Positions 10,750 to 23,997 of a stretch of DNA of 32,000 bases are shown piece by piece. Under the pieces are notes generated by a model, which ran no database searches, was not told the origin of the DNA, and saw nothing but the letters and a program-made list of their open reading frames with translations. This stretch comes from Zygophlyctis sp. KS116. Lineage: Eukaryota; Fungi; Chytridiomycota. Position numbers and translations under genes: made by a program. The stretch covers positions 18,146 to 50,145 of the forward strand of contig BAAFSQ010000055.1 in assembly GCA_054661495.1 (NCBI GenBank), written 5' to 3'. Positions within the stretch are counted from its first letter, which is position 1. The number at the start of each line of letters is the position of its first letter.

Positions 10750-13700
10750 CTATCCTCTGTGCTGAGAAAATGCTGAATTATTGGATGGATTTCTAATTAT
10801 TATATTTAATAAAAACATACTGTCCGAATCCTGAATTAAACGATCCACTTCCAAAACCAGTTGAAGGTTGTTTTCCTGAGCCAAATATTGACGTATTTTG
10901 TTGCCCAGCAGATCCAAATGCAGTAGGGGCATTATTTCCAAATGATCCAAATGATGTAGAGGGGGCGGTTGTTGCGGCAAAAGCAGCGAATCCTGATGGT
11001 GCAGAAGATCCACTTCCACCAAAAGTATTTCCCGAACCAAAAGAGGATGTTCCAAAGACACCTTGAGTGCCACCAACGCTATTGTTGAGTAATTATTTAT
11101 TCTTACTTTGGAAAAGAAGGCTGGGCGAAACCAATTGAAGGAGCATTAGAGCCCAATCCTGTTCGTGCACCAAATGCTACGTTTCCTGCCAAAGCTTGAC
11201 CTGGACCTAACGGGGCTGCAGTAGTAGGGGCAGTATTGAATCCCTGATTACCACTAAAACCTGTTTGAGACATCCCAGCAAATGATGACGCAGCTGGAGC
11301 AGGAGAAGTTGTGTTACCTAGTGCAGCGAAAGAGTTCGAATTAGATGCAGAACCAAAACTAAAACTACTTTGACCAAACGCAGCTTTGGGAGCAGTCCCG
11401 AAACCTTGACTTTGACCGAAAGAAGGTTTATTCACATGTTCTGAAGCATTGGCGTGAGTTGATTGGCCGAAAACAGGCGTTGATTGACCAAAGGTTGAAG
11501 TATTTTGTCCAAATACAGGCGTTGCCTGAGGAAATGAATTATTTGATTGCCCAAAAACAGGCGTCGATTGAATAAATGAAGAATTTGATTGGCCGAAGGT
11601 CGGTGTGAATTGTCCAGCTGAATTATTTCCCCCGAACACTGCAGATTGGCCGAAGGTCGGCATTGGTGATGCACCTGTATTGGCTGGCGTGGCTGACAAA
11701 GACTGACCAAATAAAGGCATAGACTGACCGGCATCTGAGGGTTTTGAAAATGGTGATGATTTAGTGTCGCCTTGCCCCAAGTTAGTAATCGCATGTCCAA
11801 AACCTGAGCTATTATCGACGGCGCTAGACATTTCCAATTTGCTGCTCGGGGTTGGAATTTTAGGATTGATTGAAATATTTCCAAAGGGACCCGTATCAGG
11901 TAATTTAATAGCAGGTGCAGGAGGCGTTTCTTTCAAATTTTCTTGTTCTAAAGTATCTGATAGACGATCAGTCTCTACAGTTTCAGTAAGCTTATTCGTA
12001 CCTCCAATAGTTAATTCTTCATTATTTGATATTTTTTCCTCCACATTAGCAGAACCATCATTCGATCTTGCATTGGAATCTGCCATAGTAGGAGTTTTTA
12101 ATGAAAAAATACTGGCATCGGCGATCGTTTTTTCTCCAAGATCAAAGATTGGATTAACACTGTTTTTTGGCTTTGAATCTCCAAACAAATCTAATTTTCC
12201 TAAATTGGGCCCCGGGTCGGTCGTATCTTGCTCGACAGTAAGTTCCGATTCATCGAGATCATCCTCATTAACAAGCTCTCCAGTTGCTACACTTTCATGC
12301 GAGGATTCGGATTCAACATCAGAACCATCATTATTTTCTTTGGAAAGTTCTGGTGTGGTCGTTTGTTCGTGGTAAACAGAAGACTGTTTAGAATCAGGTT
12401 CAATACATCCTACATCTTCCTGGTCTTGCTCTACTACTTTTTGGGGCACTACTAATGGATCGTTCTTTTGAGCGATTTGAACTGGAGAAAAGCTAAATGA
12501 TCCTTTTTCAGATGATAAAACAGTTTTCTTTTCGGGTATTTTGAGGTTCTTATTGGATACCGGTATTTTCGAATTAACAAGGAAGGGATTTTCTGGATCA
12601 TCTTTAGTCCCGAAACTATCTTTCATTTTAACCGGCAAAGAATTATCTGCCAGTGGGAAAATGGGCTTGATCGGAACAGTTTCAGAGGAAGGTTTTGCTT
12701 TTGGAAAAGGTGAGGTAAATTTATCAAATCCTGCAGAAGATTTTTGAGCCAATACTCCAGAAAATGCAGGCTTCATTTGCAGTTCCAACTTTTCGGATGG
12801 TGAGGGAGCTGATTCCGACGGCGCTAAATCAGATTTCGTGGCTGAAAATGTCACCTTCTGTACATGCTTATTTCCTTCATCTAAAGCCGCAATATTAAGA
12901 GGCGAAGGCTTTACTTCCGGTTTCAAATATTCATTTTTAGTCGGAGGGGTAGAATCCAAGTTTTTAATTTTCTCTTCTAGCGTGGCTCCTGATTGATAGA
13001 TAATCTGAGGGCTGGTTAAGAGATTTTCCCTCAGGGATTTTCCATCAGATGAATGTGATGCCTTAAAATCGGACAAATTCTCAATTCCTTGCTCTGCAGA
13101 AACGTCTATAATTTCACTCTGAACTGCTTCTTTTTTCACGCTTGGCATCTTTGAATTACACCTCGAGAAGGGCTGCGAAAATCGATCACTTGTGAAAAAG
13201 GCTATTAACTTTGATTGATATGGGTGATCATTAGAGCCCCCAAGCACTTTCCCATGAATTTCTTCAGCAAGTAGATCATCATCTTTGAAGAGACCATATG
13301 GAGATTTTGATGGCGAAAATTGTTTAGTAAAGTTTTGAGATTTTTTACGAGAGGAAACGGACATTTGATTCATCTTTTTTTCCAGATCGTCCAATGATAA
13401 ATTAGCGTCAATAGCTGCATTTGTGATTCTTTGCACAGTTTTACATAATGTATACCAATTCTGCGATTCTCTATTCGTAAAAATCATATATATATACCCG
13501 ATAATTTTTTTACCCTTCTTCTGACTATCAACACGGTCTCCAAGATCCTCTAGTACCCGATTCAAATCTAAAATCGAACTTTCAATTTTCTATGAATTAG
13601 AATTCAGATTAGGTTCTTTTTACCTTCTTTTTAATATTTAAGAGCTTTTTAAGCTCTTCGGCTTCTGGCCCCAAGGCTTGCCCCAAAGAGTTAGTTGAAT

Positions 13701-15492
13701 TAGAATCTTTCTCGTGATCTTTGGTCTTTAAGGTTCGTAAACGTCTATCCGACTCTTCCTTTTTAGACCAAGTGTGTAAAAGCTGTGATTTCAATTCTTC
13801 AAATTTGGTCTCAACTTCAAATAACGAATCCTGAATCAATCCAATCTTCATACTCAACTCTTGCGATTCAGAAGATACATTTTCCATGCTCGAGTCTTTA
13901 TTTGATAAAGCCATGCCGCTTAAATCAGATGAAAAATTCACTAATTTTGAAAAATCCAGTTGGAAATTATTATACGCCTTATTAAATTGAGTTATCAGAA
14001 TTGCGGCAGACTCGTCCTTCACTTTCAAGGCTGAGTTTGTTTTTATAGTTGGGGCTGACGACGTTTCTGCCAATAAAGTATCTTTGGAGTTTTCCTTGAT
14101 GCTTTTTGGAAACGAAAATGCTGATTTTGGGGGCTCTTTAAAGCTAGCTGTTGGCGTTGGAACATGTGCGATATTTCCAAGTGGCTTAGCATCTTTCTGA
14201 GTCAGCTTTAGTTTTTCATTCTTTACAGCCTCCTGGAGAACTGGGGCAGCCTTTGTTGACAGTTTTAATTCTTTAGTTTGACCATTATTTGAACTATTCA
14301 TAGTTAAAACATTCAGAGATGAAGGCTTTGCGATCTCTTTAATCATTGATGGATATTGTATCCCACTTTCTAAAGCCGACGTTGACATAATATCACACGC
14401 CATAATCTGACCCTTATTGTTCAATATCCACAAAATAGGACAAGAAGGCATTGGGGGCTGATCTGGTGTTAGAGAAGGTAATTTTGTATCGGAATAAAGA
14501 TCTAGTGCAGTTGAGATTGGCCAAGTATCATCTTGATTTTCATCCAACGGTAGAGTAAATTGATAAGCTTCCAAAGCCTCCCAATTTTCTAATTTTCCAG
14601 ATTCCGTCTTGGAACCAATCAAACCTACATCAGTTGAAGCAGAATTAGCTGCAATCAATAGAGTATCAAAATCCCATGCCTTCAAAACATGACAAAAATA
14701 AAAAGGAATTCTATCTGAACCAAAGCTAGCAGCTGGATCATCTAGTTCTAAAAACAAGAGTTCTTTCTAAAAAAATGAATAGTCCAATGATTACCTTGTC
14801 TTTATCTTGTAAAATCTGAATTACGCGAGTCTCTTGATCTTGACAAATGTAAAATACTAAAAAAGATTTATCTTGTAACCATTCAATATACTGTACATAA
14901 CATGGTTCTGAAAGTTGCTCTGGCCTAGAAATCTTATTTTTCAAATCAGCATTAGTATTAAAAAACAATATTTCGCCTGTTTTAGTCCCACAAGCAATTT
15001 GCTTTCCTTTTCTACTCCAAGTAACTATATTTTTAGTTCTAAAGTCATACTGCAAGTAGCATTGTTACATGGTACATCCATAATCTTCATATCATTTAGA
15101 TCACAAAATCCCACTGCACCATTCTCTGTGATAGTAGCACAAATATTAGGCTTAAATTCAGGATTTAGAGAAAATGATTTCAAATTCTGAATTCCTACTT
15201 TTGACAAAACTTTTTGATTCCAAATCGACACTTGAACTTTATCTGCAATAATTAAAGAATCATTATAAAATTCAATTTTTATAATTTCATTTTCCCATTT
15301 ATGAAATTTCAAGTCCATTTTAACCTCTGATCCTCTTGCCGAACCTCTTAATTTACTAGAGAATTCCTTTAAATTTCCTAAAGAGAATGAGTTTTTAGTC
15401 CATATGAGAAATATATAATCTTTTATGCAAATACCACTAGCATCCTTAACCGAAATGAACGAATCCAAACTGAGACTAGACAAACCAATCAT
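10750..15492 (-). CDS. NUP214: FG nucleoporin Nup214/Nup159 family
   Basis: N-terminal beta-propeller (ITWSRKGKQIACG), a coiled-coil region, then C-terminal FG repeats. Introns: 15025-15050, 14767-14794, 13590-13623, 13471-13497, 11079-11106, 10793-10820. Start codon less certain. Confidence 0.8.
11360..11720 (-). repeat. Coding tandem repeats encoding PxFGQS nucleoporin FG motifs
   Basis: PLFGQS, PTFGQS, PTFGQS, PVFGQS, PVFGQN, TFGQS, PVFGQS, PSFGQS and AFGQS, with recurring DNA units such as aaacaggcgt. Confidence 0.85.
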
Positions 15493-15509
15493 AACCTTTT
15501 ATCGACGCC

Positions 15510-15861
15510 ATGCCCATAGCACTAGCAATAGTAACAGCAGTCGCATTCCCCTGCAAACACACCCAGCCCAGTCGATCGGACATACGCCGACGCCTACCAA
15601 GACTCTTACTCTGGACGCATGGCACAAGAGTCTAATCAGGAGACTTTCAGAAGCTTTTAAGACTAAATGCATTCATACGCAAATAGAAACTCTTCAAATC
15701 AAACAACTATAATGGATTCTGATATGGTTTTGGAAATTATAAAGTTATTATCCCTTCCGGACGCAGTTAAATTCTGTCAGGGATGTGGCATTCCTGTAAA
15801 TCTAGCCTTTAGTTTTCATGGATCAGATGTTTATTTTATATTAATCTTAAATTTGGAGTGA
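15510..15861 (+). pseudogene. Possible decayed signal-peptide/F-box-like gene fragment
   Basis: ATG 15510 gives MPIALAIVTAVAFP. In another frame, across two TAA stops, the sequence reaches MDSDMVLEIIKLLSLPDAVKFC, which resembles the F-box-like segment of the ankyrin gene. No repeats follow. Confidence 0.3.
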
Positions 15862-15912
15862 AATCTCTCCAATTTCAATGCAAGTCAAGAGCAAATTTGA
15901 AGATCAAAAATT

Positions 15913-17926
15913 ATGGAAAGTAGCAGAAAGTTGCCTATTTATTCAAGAGAACAAGAGATTCTAAACATGATTGCTAGTAATGCAATAACTATTGTCAAGG
16001 GAGAGACTGGATCTGGGAAAACTACACAATTGCCACTTATTCTGGCAAAGAAATTCCCAGGTGCTTCAATTGCAATCACTCAGCCAAGAAGAGTTGCAGC
16101 TATATCTCTAGCTAAAAGAGTAGCACAGGAATATGGATGTGATCTTGGAGAGGAAGTGGGTTATTCTGTAAGATTTGATGCAAGGAAATCAGCAAAAACC
16201 AAGATTTTGTACTTGACAGATGGAATGCTTTTGAGAGAGTTTTTAAATGATTCTAAACTATCAAAGTATTCAGTATTGGTCTTGGACGAGGTGCATGAGA
16301 GATCGCTAAGAACTGATATAATCTTAGGCTTGGTTCTAAATCTGATAAAGGAGGATTCTAAAAAGAAATTAAAACTGGTATTAATGTCTGCAACACTAGA
16401 TCAGGACAAGTTTTACAAATTTTTAAGGTATATTTTGTTTGTATTTGAAATTCTAGAGCTCCAATTATTGAAATACCAGGAAGGACTTTTCCGATAAGTA
16501 CATTCTATAGTAAAGAAACTCTTAAAGATCCAATCAATTCTGCGCTAATTACTATTTTTCAAATTCATCAGGATTATGGTAAAGGAGATATTTTGGTGTT
16601 TTTACCTGGACAAGAAGAAATTTTGGATCTGGAGAGATTGGTTTTAGAAACCGCAAAAGATTTGGATGAAAAATACGGCTCAATCATTCCAATTCCCTTT
16701 TATGCTGCCCTTCCTTCTGCAAACCAGTCTTTAGTATTTGAAAAGACACCCAATGGTTCTAGAAAAGTTATTTTAGCGACCAATATTGCAGAAACTTCGA
16801 TTACGATTCCTGGAATCTCTTTTGTAATAGATACTGGGCTAGTTAAAGTTCGAGAATATTTTCCTAGGCTGGGTATGTAGATAAACATTCTAAACAGTTT
16901 AGGTATGGAATCTTTGTCTGTTGTACCAGTTAGTCAAGCATCAGCAAATCAAAGAAAAGGACGAGCTGGAAGAGTGAGCTCTGGAATGTGTCTGCGCCTT
17001 TTTACAGAGGAAAACTTTGGGTCTTTAGAGAAAGAATCTGCTCCTGAAATCAAAAGGGTCAATATTTCTAGTGTGATACTTTTATTGAAAACCTTGAACG
17101 TTGAAGATGTATCATCATTTCCTTATCTTGATCCTCCTCCAAGAGATGCTAGTAATTTTCTTCTACTAATATATCAGTTATTGGGGCTCTGGAAAATCTA
17201 TTTATTTTGGGTGCATTAGATGAAAAGGGTCAAATATCTAAATTGGGAAAAAAGATGGCAGCATTTCCACTTGATCCAGTTTACTCTAGAATTTTGATAG
17301 AATCTGAATCATTTGGTGTGGTTAATGAAGTAGCTTCTATTATTGCATTGTTATCAATTGATCCAATATTCTATTCACCGAGAGATAAAAGAGAAGAAGC
17401 AGCTGATGCTAAAAAACAATTTCTTAGTTTTGATGGTAAAAACTTGGAATTATTAAACTAAAGGAGACCATATCACATTGTTAAATGTCATGAAAGAGTT
17501 TCAGTCATGTAAAGGAGATCAGGATTGGTGTAGCATGCATTTTATCAGTTACAGATCTCTTAAACAAGTCATGGTATTATTTTATTAATTTAATCAAAGG
17601 ATATTCGTCGTCAGCTACTAGATTTTTGTCAAAAACAGGGAATGTCTACTATCCCAGTTCCAAATTATGACCCTGAAAATATTCTCAAAAGTCTTCTAGT
17701 TGGAAATTTTCAAAATACAGCTCTTTTACAACAAGATGGCAGCTACAAAACTCTATATACGCGACAGACTGTTTTTATACATCCTTCTTCCAGTTTATTT
17801 GGAAAAAAGAAACCTGCAGTCGTTTACTCAGAGCTAGTATCTACATCTAAAAAATATTTAAAAAATGTGTCTAGCATCCCTATTGAATGGCTTATCAAAG
17901 ATAAATTGCATAGTATTCGTCAGTAA
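15913..17926 (+). CDS. DEAH-box RNA helicase, most similar to DHX33/Dhr2
   Basis: GETGSGKTTQ, TQPRRVAA, TDGMLLRE, DEVHERS, MSAT, FLPGQEEI, ATNIAETSITI, QRKGRAGR, GDHITLLN and FIHPSS. Lacks the long N-terminus of Prp2/16/22. Introns: 16428-16456, 16873-16902, 17152-17177, 17436-17463, 17574-17599. Confidence 0.85.
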
Positions 17927-17971
17927 TAAATGAAAATTAACTTGAGATCAAGGGTTATTGGTCTTAAAAAA

Positions 17972-20900
17972 ATGTTTCTCTACAATCTTACACTTGCACC
18001 GCCTTCTGCTATACTCATGGCGATCGTGGGTAACTTTTCTGGGGGTAAGATGCAAGAAATCATCACTGCGTCCAATAGTCATTTAAGTCTTTTAAAAGCC
18101 GATCCAACTGCCGGGAAAGTCGTAATCATTACTAGCTTCAACATTTTTGGTATTATTAGATCTATTAGTCCATTCAGACTGCCAGGATCAGCAAAGGATT
18201 ACATTGTTGTAGGATCGGATTCCGGACGAATTGCAATCTTGGAATATTTGCAAGATAAAAATACATTTTCTGTTGTACACATGGAGACATTTGGGAAGTC
18301 TGGGTGTAGAAGAATAGTGCCAGGGCAGTATGTCGCTGTTGATCCCAAGGGAAGGGCAGTTATGATTGGTTCAATGGAAAAATCAAAATTTGTTTACGTA
18401 TTAAATCGAGATATACAGTCAAAATTGACCATATCATCGCCTTTAGAAGCTCATAAATCTCATATAATAACTTGGGATATTATTGGAGTAGATGTTGGAT
18501 TTGAAAATCCTACATTTGCTTGTATTGAGTTGGACTACTCAGAGGCTGATCAGGATCCGTCAGGTGAGGCTTTCAAAGAAGCTATAAAGGTAGGCTGAAT
18601 TTAGTTCTAATAACAGGCTCTTACATTTTATGAGCTGGATTTGGGGTTAAATCATGTGGTGAGAAAGTGGTCTGAAGAAATAGATTTCTCTTCCCATCGG
18701 TTAATTTCTGTTCCTGGAGGTTCTGATGGGCCTAGTGGGGTATTGGTCTGTTCAGAAAACTTTGTTACATGGATGCATCCTGATTATTCTTCTGTTAGAA
18801 TTCCAATTCCAAAAAGACCAGAGCTATATGACATTAATAAAGATGTAGAAAATGGTGTCAAAGATGTAAAAGGAGTAATTATTGTTTCTGGTGTAGTGCA
18901 TAAGTTGAAAAATGGCTTTTTTATTCTTGCTCAGACTGAATTTGGTGATATTTTTAAAATAACCATGGACTATACGCCGGGAACTGACGGAATTAGTAAT
19001 GGAGTAGATGCATTGAAGATTAAGTATTTTGACACAGTTCCAGTCGCCTCCTCCATTATTTTGCTAAAATCTGGGTTTTTATTCGCTGCAAGTGAGTTTG
19101 GAAATCAGTAGGTTTTTATTGGCCTTACTTTTAGTGCATTATATCAAATTGAAAATTTGGGTGATGATGATGAAGAGCAAATTGAATATTCTTCATCTGA
19201 TATGGATGAGGATAATGCTTCAGTCCCTTATTTTACTCCCAGGTCTCTGCGAAATATTGTTGCTGTTGATGAAATGGAGTCATTGGCTCCAATTATTGAC
19301 GCTAATGTGCAGAATTTAACAAATGAGGAGACACCTCAAGTTCATGTTCTTTGTGGCCAAGGAGGTCGTTCTACTTTTCGCATCTTAAAACATGGTTTGG
19401 AAATTTCTGAAATGGCGGTTTCTGAGCTACCAGGAAATCCTAATGCGGTATGGACTGTAAAATCATCTGCTGATGGTATATTTTATTGTTTAATTTCTAG
19501 ATCCATATGACGCATTCATTATTGTTTCTTTTATAAATGCCACTCTCGTTTTATCTATCGGTGATACTGTGGAAGAAGTCACAGATACTGGATTTTTATC
19601 AAATACCCCAACATTAGCAGTTGCTCAGATGGGAGAAGATGCTCTGGTGCAGGTAAAAAATAGTCATTATAAATACTTAGATTTATCCCTCAGGTATCAG
19701 ACACATTCGTTCTGATAGACGAGTATCTGAATGGAGGACTGCAGCTAATAGACCAATAGAAATGGCCGCTTGCAACAGAAAGCAGGTAGTAATCTCACTT
19801 TCCGGAGGGGAGCTCGTGTATTTCGAATTAGACTCTTCAGGTCAATTAAATGAATTTCAAGAAAGAAAGGAAATGACTGCAAATGTTACTTGCCTTACTC
19901 TTGGGCCAATTCCAGAAGGGCGGCAAAGATCGCGATTTCTTGCAGTTGGATGTGCAGATAATACAGTCAGAATAATTTCTCTGGACCCAGACTCCTGCTT
20001 ACAAGCATTAAGTATGCAAGCCCTGACGTCAACTGCGGAGTCTTTGGCAATAACAAACAGCTTAGATCCCGCAACCGGAATCCCGACACTTTATCTTAAT
20101 ATTGGTCTGCAAAATGGAATATTTTTAACAACAGTTCTCGACAATGTGACTGGTGTATTAAGTGACTCCAAGCTACGATTTTTAGGATCAAAACCAGTGA
20201 AGCTATTTAAGGTTAGAATTTCGAATGATGATGCTGTTTTAGCTCTTTCTAGTCGAGCTTGGCTATCTTATAATCATAACCGGCGGAGTAGATTGATGCC
20301 ATTATCTTATACAATTTTGGAATATGGTTCAAGTTTTACCACGGAAGCGTGTTTAGAAGGAATGGTGGCTATAGCTGGAAACACATTAAGGTATTTTTAA
20401 ATTTTTAAAAATCTCTAGAATTTTGAGCGCTGACAAATTGGATTCTGTGTTCAACCAAACTATCATCCCTTTAAAATATACCCCTCGGCGTCAAGTTTTT
20501 GATGAACAGTCAAAACATTTTATTATAATTGAAACAGATAATAATACATTCAGCCCTATGGAGCGTCAGAAAAGGTTTAAAAATCTGAATTCAAGCGATG
20601 AACTTCCTGTGGAACAATTCGGTTTACCAGTTGCAGGCCTAGGAAACTGGGCATCATGCTTGCGAATAATAAATCCTCTAAGTGGAGAAACGACAGAATT
20701 ATTGGAGCTTGAGAATAACGAAGCGGCATTTAGGTATTTTTTTCATTGAATAATTCAAAGTATTACAATATGTGAATTTAAAAATTATCCGGGTGAAAGA
20801 TTTCTCATTGTTGGAACTGCAAAAGATTTGGAGATAAGTCCGCGTAAATGTACAAGTGGATACATGCATGTGTATAGAATGGGAGATGATTGCAAGTTAT

Positions 20901-21794
20901 CCTTATTGCATACGACTGAAGTCGAAGATGCGCCGCTCTCTATGCGAGAGTTTCATGGTCGTTTACTCGTTGGGATTGGGAAGTATGTAAGAATATATGA
21001 ATTGGGTATAAAGAAGTTGCTTAGAAAATGTGAATCATTGGTATTTAATTTTTGCTGATTCATTTTAGGAATTTCCGAATTTGGTTGTTAATCTAAACGC
21101 TGAAGCATATAGAATAGTAGTATGCGATGTAAAGGAATCTACCCATTACATTGCTTATAAGCCAGATGAAAATAAATTCGTCTTATTTGCAGATGATAGC
21201 ACAACACGATGGATCACATGTACTGTAATGCTTGACTATGGTACTGTTGTCGGAGCTGATAAATTTGGAAATGTATTTATTAACAGAATTCCGTTGGAAA
21301 CAACTGAAGATGTTGAAGAAGACCCTACAGGGTCTAGGATGGTTTATACTCGAGGATATCTCCAAGGAGCTGCATTAAAGGTATTCTTGATTTTTAATTT
21401 TAAGGCGGATCATTTGGTAGAATTTTATGTAGGGGATACGGTTACATCAATCACTAGAACATCAATGGCTCCTGGAGGAAGAGAAGTTTTACTATACACA
21501 ACTCTGCATGGAGGAGTTGGTATATTGGTGCCATTTATCTCAAAAGATGAAGTAGAAATATTTAGAACGCTGGAAATGGCCTTGCGAAATGAAATTCCTC
21601 CAATATGCGGCCGTGACCATGCTGCCTTTAGATCTTCATATTTCCCTGTAAAAGGAGTTGTTGATGGCGATCTTTGTGAATTATACAATACCCTTCCGAA
21701 CGAAAAGAAACGTCAAATAGCCGAAATGGTGGACAGAACTGCAACTGAAGTTTCTAAAAAATTAGAAGATGCAAGGAACAGAGTTGCATTTTAG
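17972..21794 (+). CDS. RSE1: U2 snRNP SF3b subunit Rse1/SF3B3
   Basis: MFLYNLTL start, [43 protein letters not shown] and [24 protein letters not shown]. Introns: 18590-18616, 19108-19134, 19476-19500, 19653-19680, 20391-20418, 20734-20760, 21041-21068, 21381-21404. Confidence 0.97.
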
Positions 21795-21842
21795 CTTTTT
21801 AAGAGAATATTAGATCTGAAGCTTTTTTAAAAAGTCTATTAA

Positions 21843-22468
21843 ATGATTGGATCTTCCTTGGATGTTAAAGTACATTTGTCTGAAACCTTTGAGCCGTCTG
21901 ATCTTTCAGAATCATTGACAAAAGACAAGAGAATCATTGTTGTTGCATTTGACGAATCCGCCGAATCCCAACATTCTCTAGATTGGGCATTGGACAATGT
22001 ATTCAATCCCGATTCTGACCTTTTGATCTTGTTATCAATTGCAATATTCCAAGAACCATTTTCATTTGCAACCATGGTTGAATCCAATCAAGACAAGGCT
22101 CAGCATAAAGCGCAATATGCAGACGTTTACTCATCAAAATTATCTACAGTTGCATCAAACATCATTGAGGAACATGGCTTTAAAGAGTCAGTAAAGGTAT
22201 ACTTATTCATTCCAACTTTAGGTATTACATGAAATCTTTGTCCTTTGTTCTGGAGATGCAAGATCTGCGATTGTAGATTTTTGTTTAAGAATCAAATCGG
22301 ATCTATTAGTGATTGGCAATCGTGGTCTTGGATTACTTCAAAAGTATTCAATTTATTTAAAAACTAAATTATAGGACATTTCTAGGATCTGTTTCAGAGT
22401 ATTGTGCACATCATTGCAAGTGTCCGGTTTTGATTGTCCGAAAAAAAAAGCATCTGCGAGAAAAATAG
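21843..22468 (+). CDS. Universal stress protein (UspA domain)
   Basis: RIIVVAFDESAESQHSLDWALDN, GDARSAIVDF and DLLVIGNRGLGLLQKTFLGSVSEYCAHHCKCPVLIVR. Introns 22197-22221 and 22344-22374. Confidence 0.92.
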
Positions 22469-22591
22469 CAAATATTGTAGCAGTGTTAAACATGAATAAA
22501 GAATTGCAATTTAAGCTATATATAGAGAGGTTAGAAGAATCGGAATCGGAGGCATAGATATCTGATTTTGATAAACTTTTCCCGTATTAAA

Positions 22592-23223
22592 ATGAAACTA
22601 ACAGAATCAAAAACATTAAGTCTGATTGGCTATGGCTCTCTCTTTCTGATCCAATTGGTAATTAATGCCATTAATAGTATTAGATAACTGCTGGTGTTTT
22701 GATTGGCGGAATCAGCTCAAAAACTCAATATGGTCCTACAAATGTTTGTCTATTATTTATTAGAAATTATCATGTTGAATCAGCATCCTATGTATTCTCT
22801 GCCTGGTCTTCTCAATGCGCCAATTTAATCGCATTAGGAGCTTTTGGAATTGTATTCACTCTATTACTTGCCTTTATTTCTCTTGGTTATACATATCGTG
22901 GAGTGACTCGTCCGACTATGGTGACTTTAACGACTGCTATTCTATCTTCTGTATATACTATATTATGTTTAGTCGGTGCAATTACCGCATCTGTTGGTTT
23001 GTCTCAAACGTGTTCTCAATTTGAAAGTGTTTCTGGAGGAAGTTGTGCATCAGTCTTCTCTACTGGTTTCCTATACAATGGGGATTCGTCAACTACCTAT
23101 GTTATGGATTTAGGAGTAACTATTGCAGCCATTAACTCCTGTTGGATCCTGACTGTAGCATATTTTGTATATTCTGGTTTGGAATGGATCAATTACAAGT
23201 CTGAATCCTCAAAATGGTGGTGA
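22592..23223 (+). CDS. Four-transmembrane protein, TMEM179-like
   Basis: Four hydrophobic helices, with CLLF and W-x3-C in loop 1 and SVGLSQTC...SC in loop 2. Intron 22658-22683. The family call comes from remembered motif similarity, not a search. Confidence 0.6.
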
Positions 23224-23260
23224 ATATAAGAATGATTTGATTTTTTTTAAAATTTGTGAC

Positions 23261-23984
<724 letters not shown>

Positions 23985-23997
23985 GAGACTATAAACA

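Noticed and set aside
11432-12747. Long alternative-frame and antisense ORFs within NUP214 (also 3585-3875, 21425-21688, 21839-22087, 26136-26387, 27180-27401)
   Set aside because: These are shadow ORFs of real coding sequence with no recognisable domains.
15499-15546. Minus-strand 15-aa uORF MRLLLLLLVLWAWRR just upstream of NUP214
   Set aside because: It ends in TAA before the NUP214 ATG and arises from low-complexity (tagca/cagca-like) sequence, with no independent support.
17930-17971. In-frame upstream ATG extending RSE1 by 14 aa (similarly 23165 for IDI1 and 24197 for EFL1)
   Set aside because: Homologues begin at MFLYNLTL. The IDI1 and EFL1 extensions start at non-ATG codons inside the upstream ORFs.
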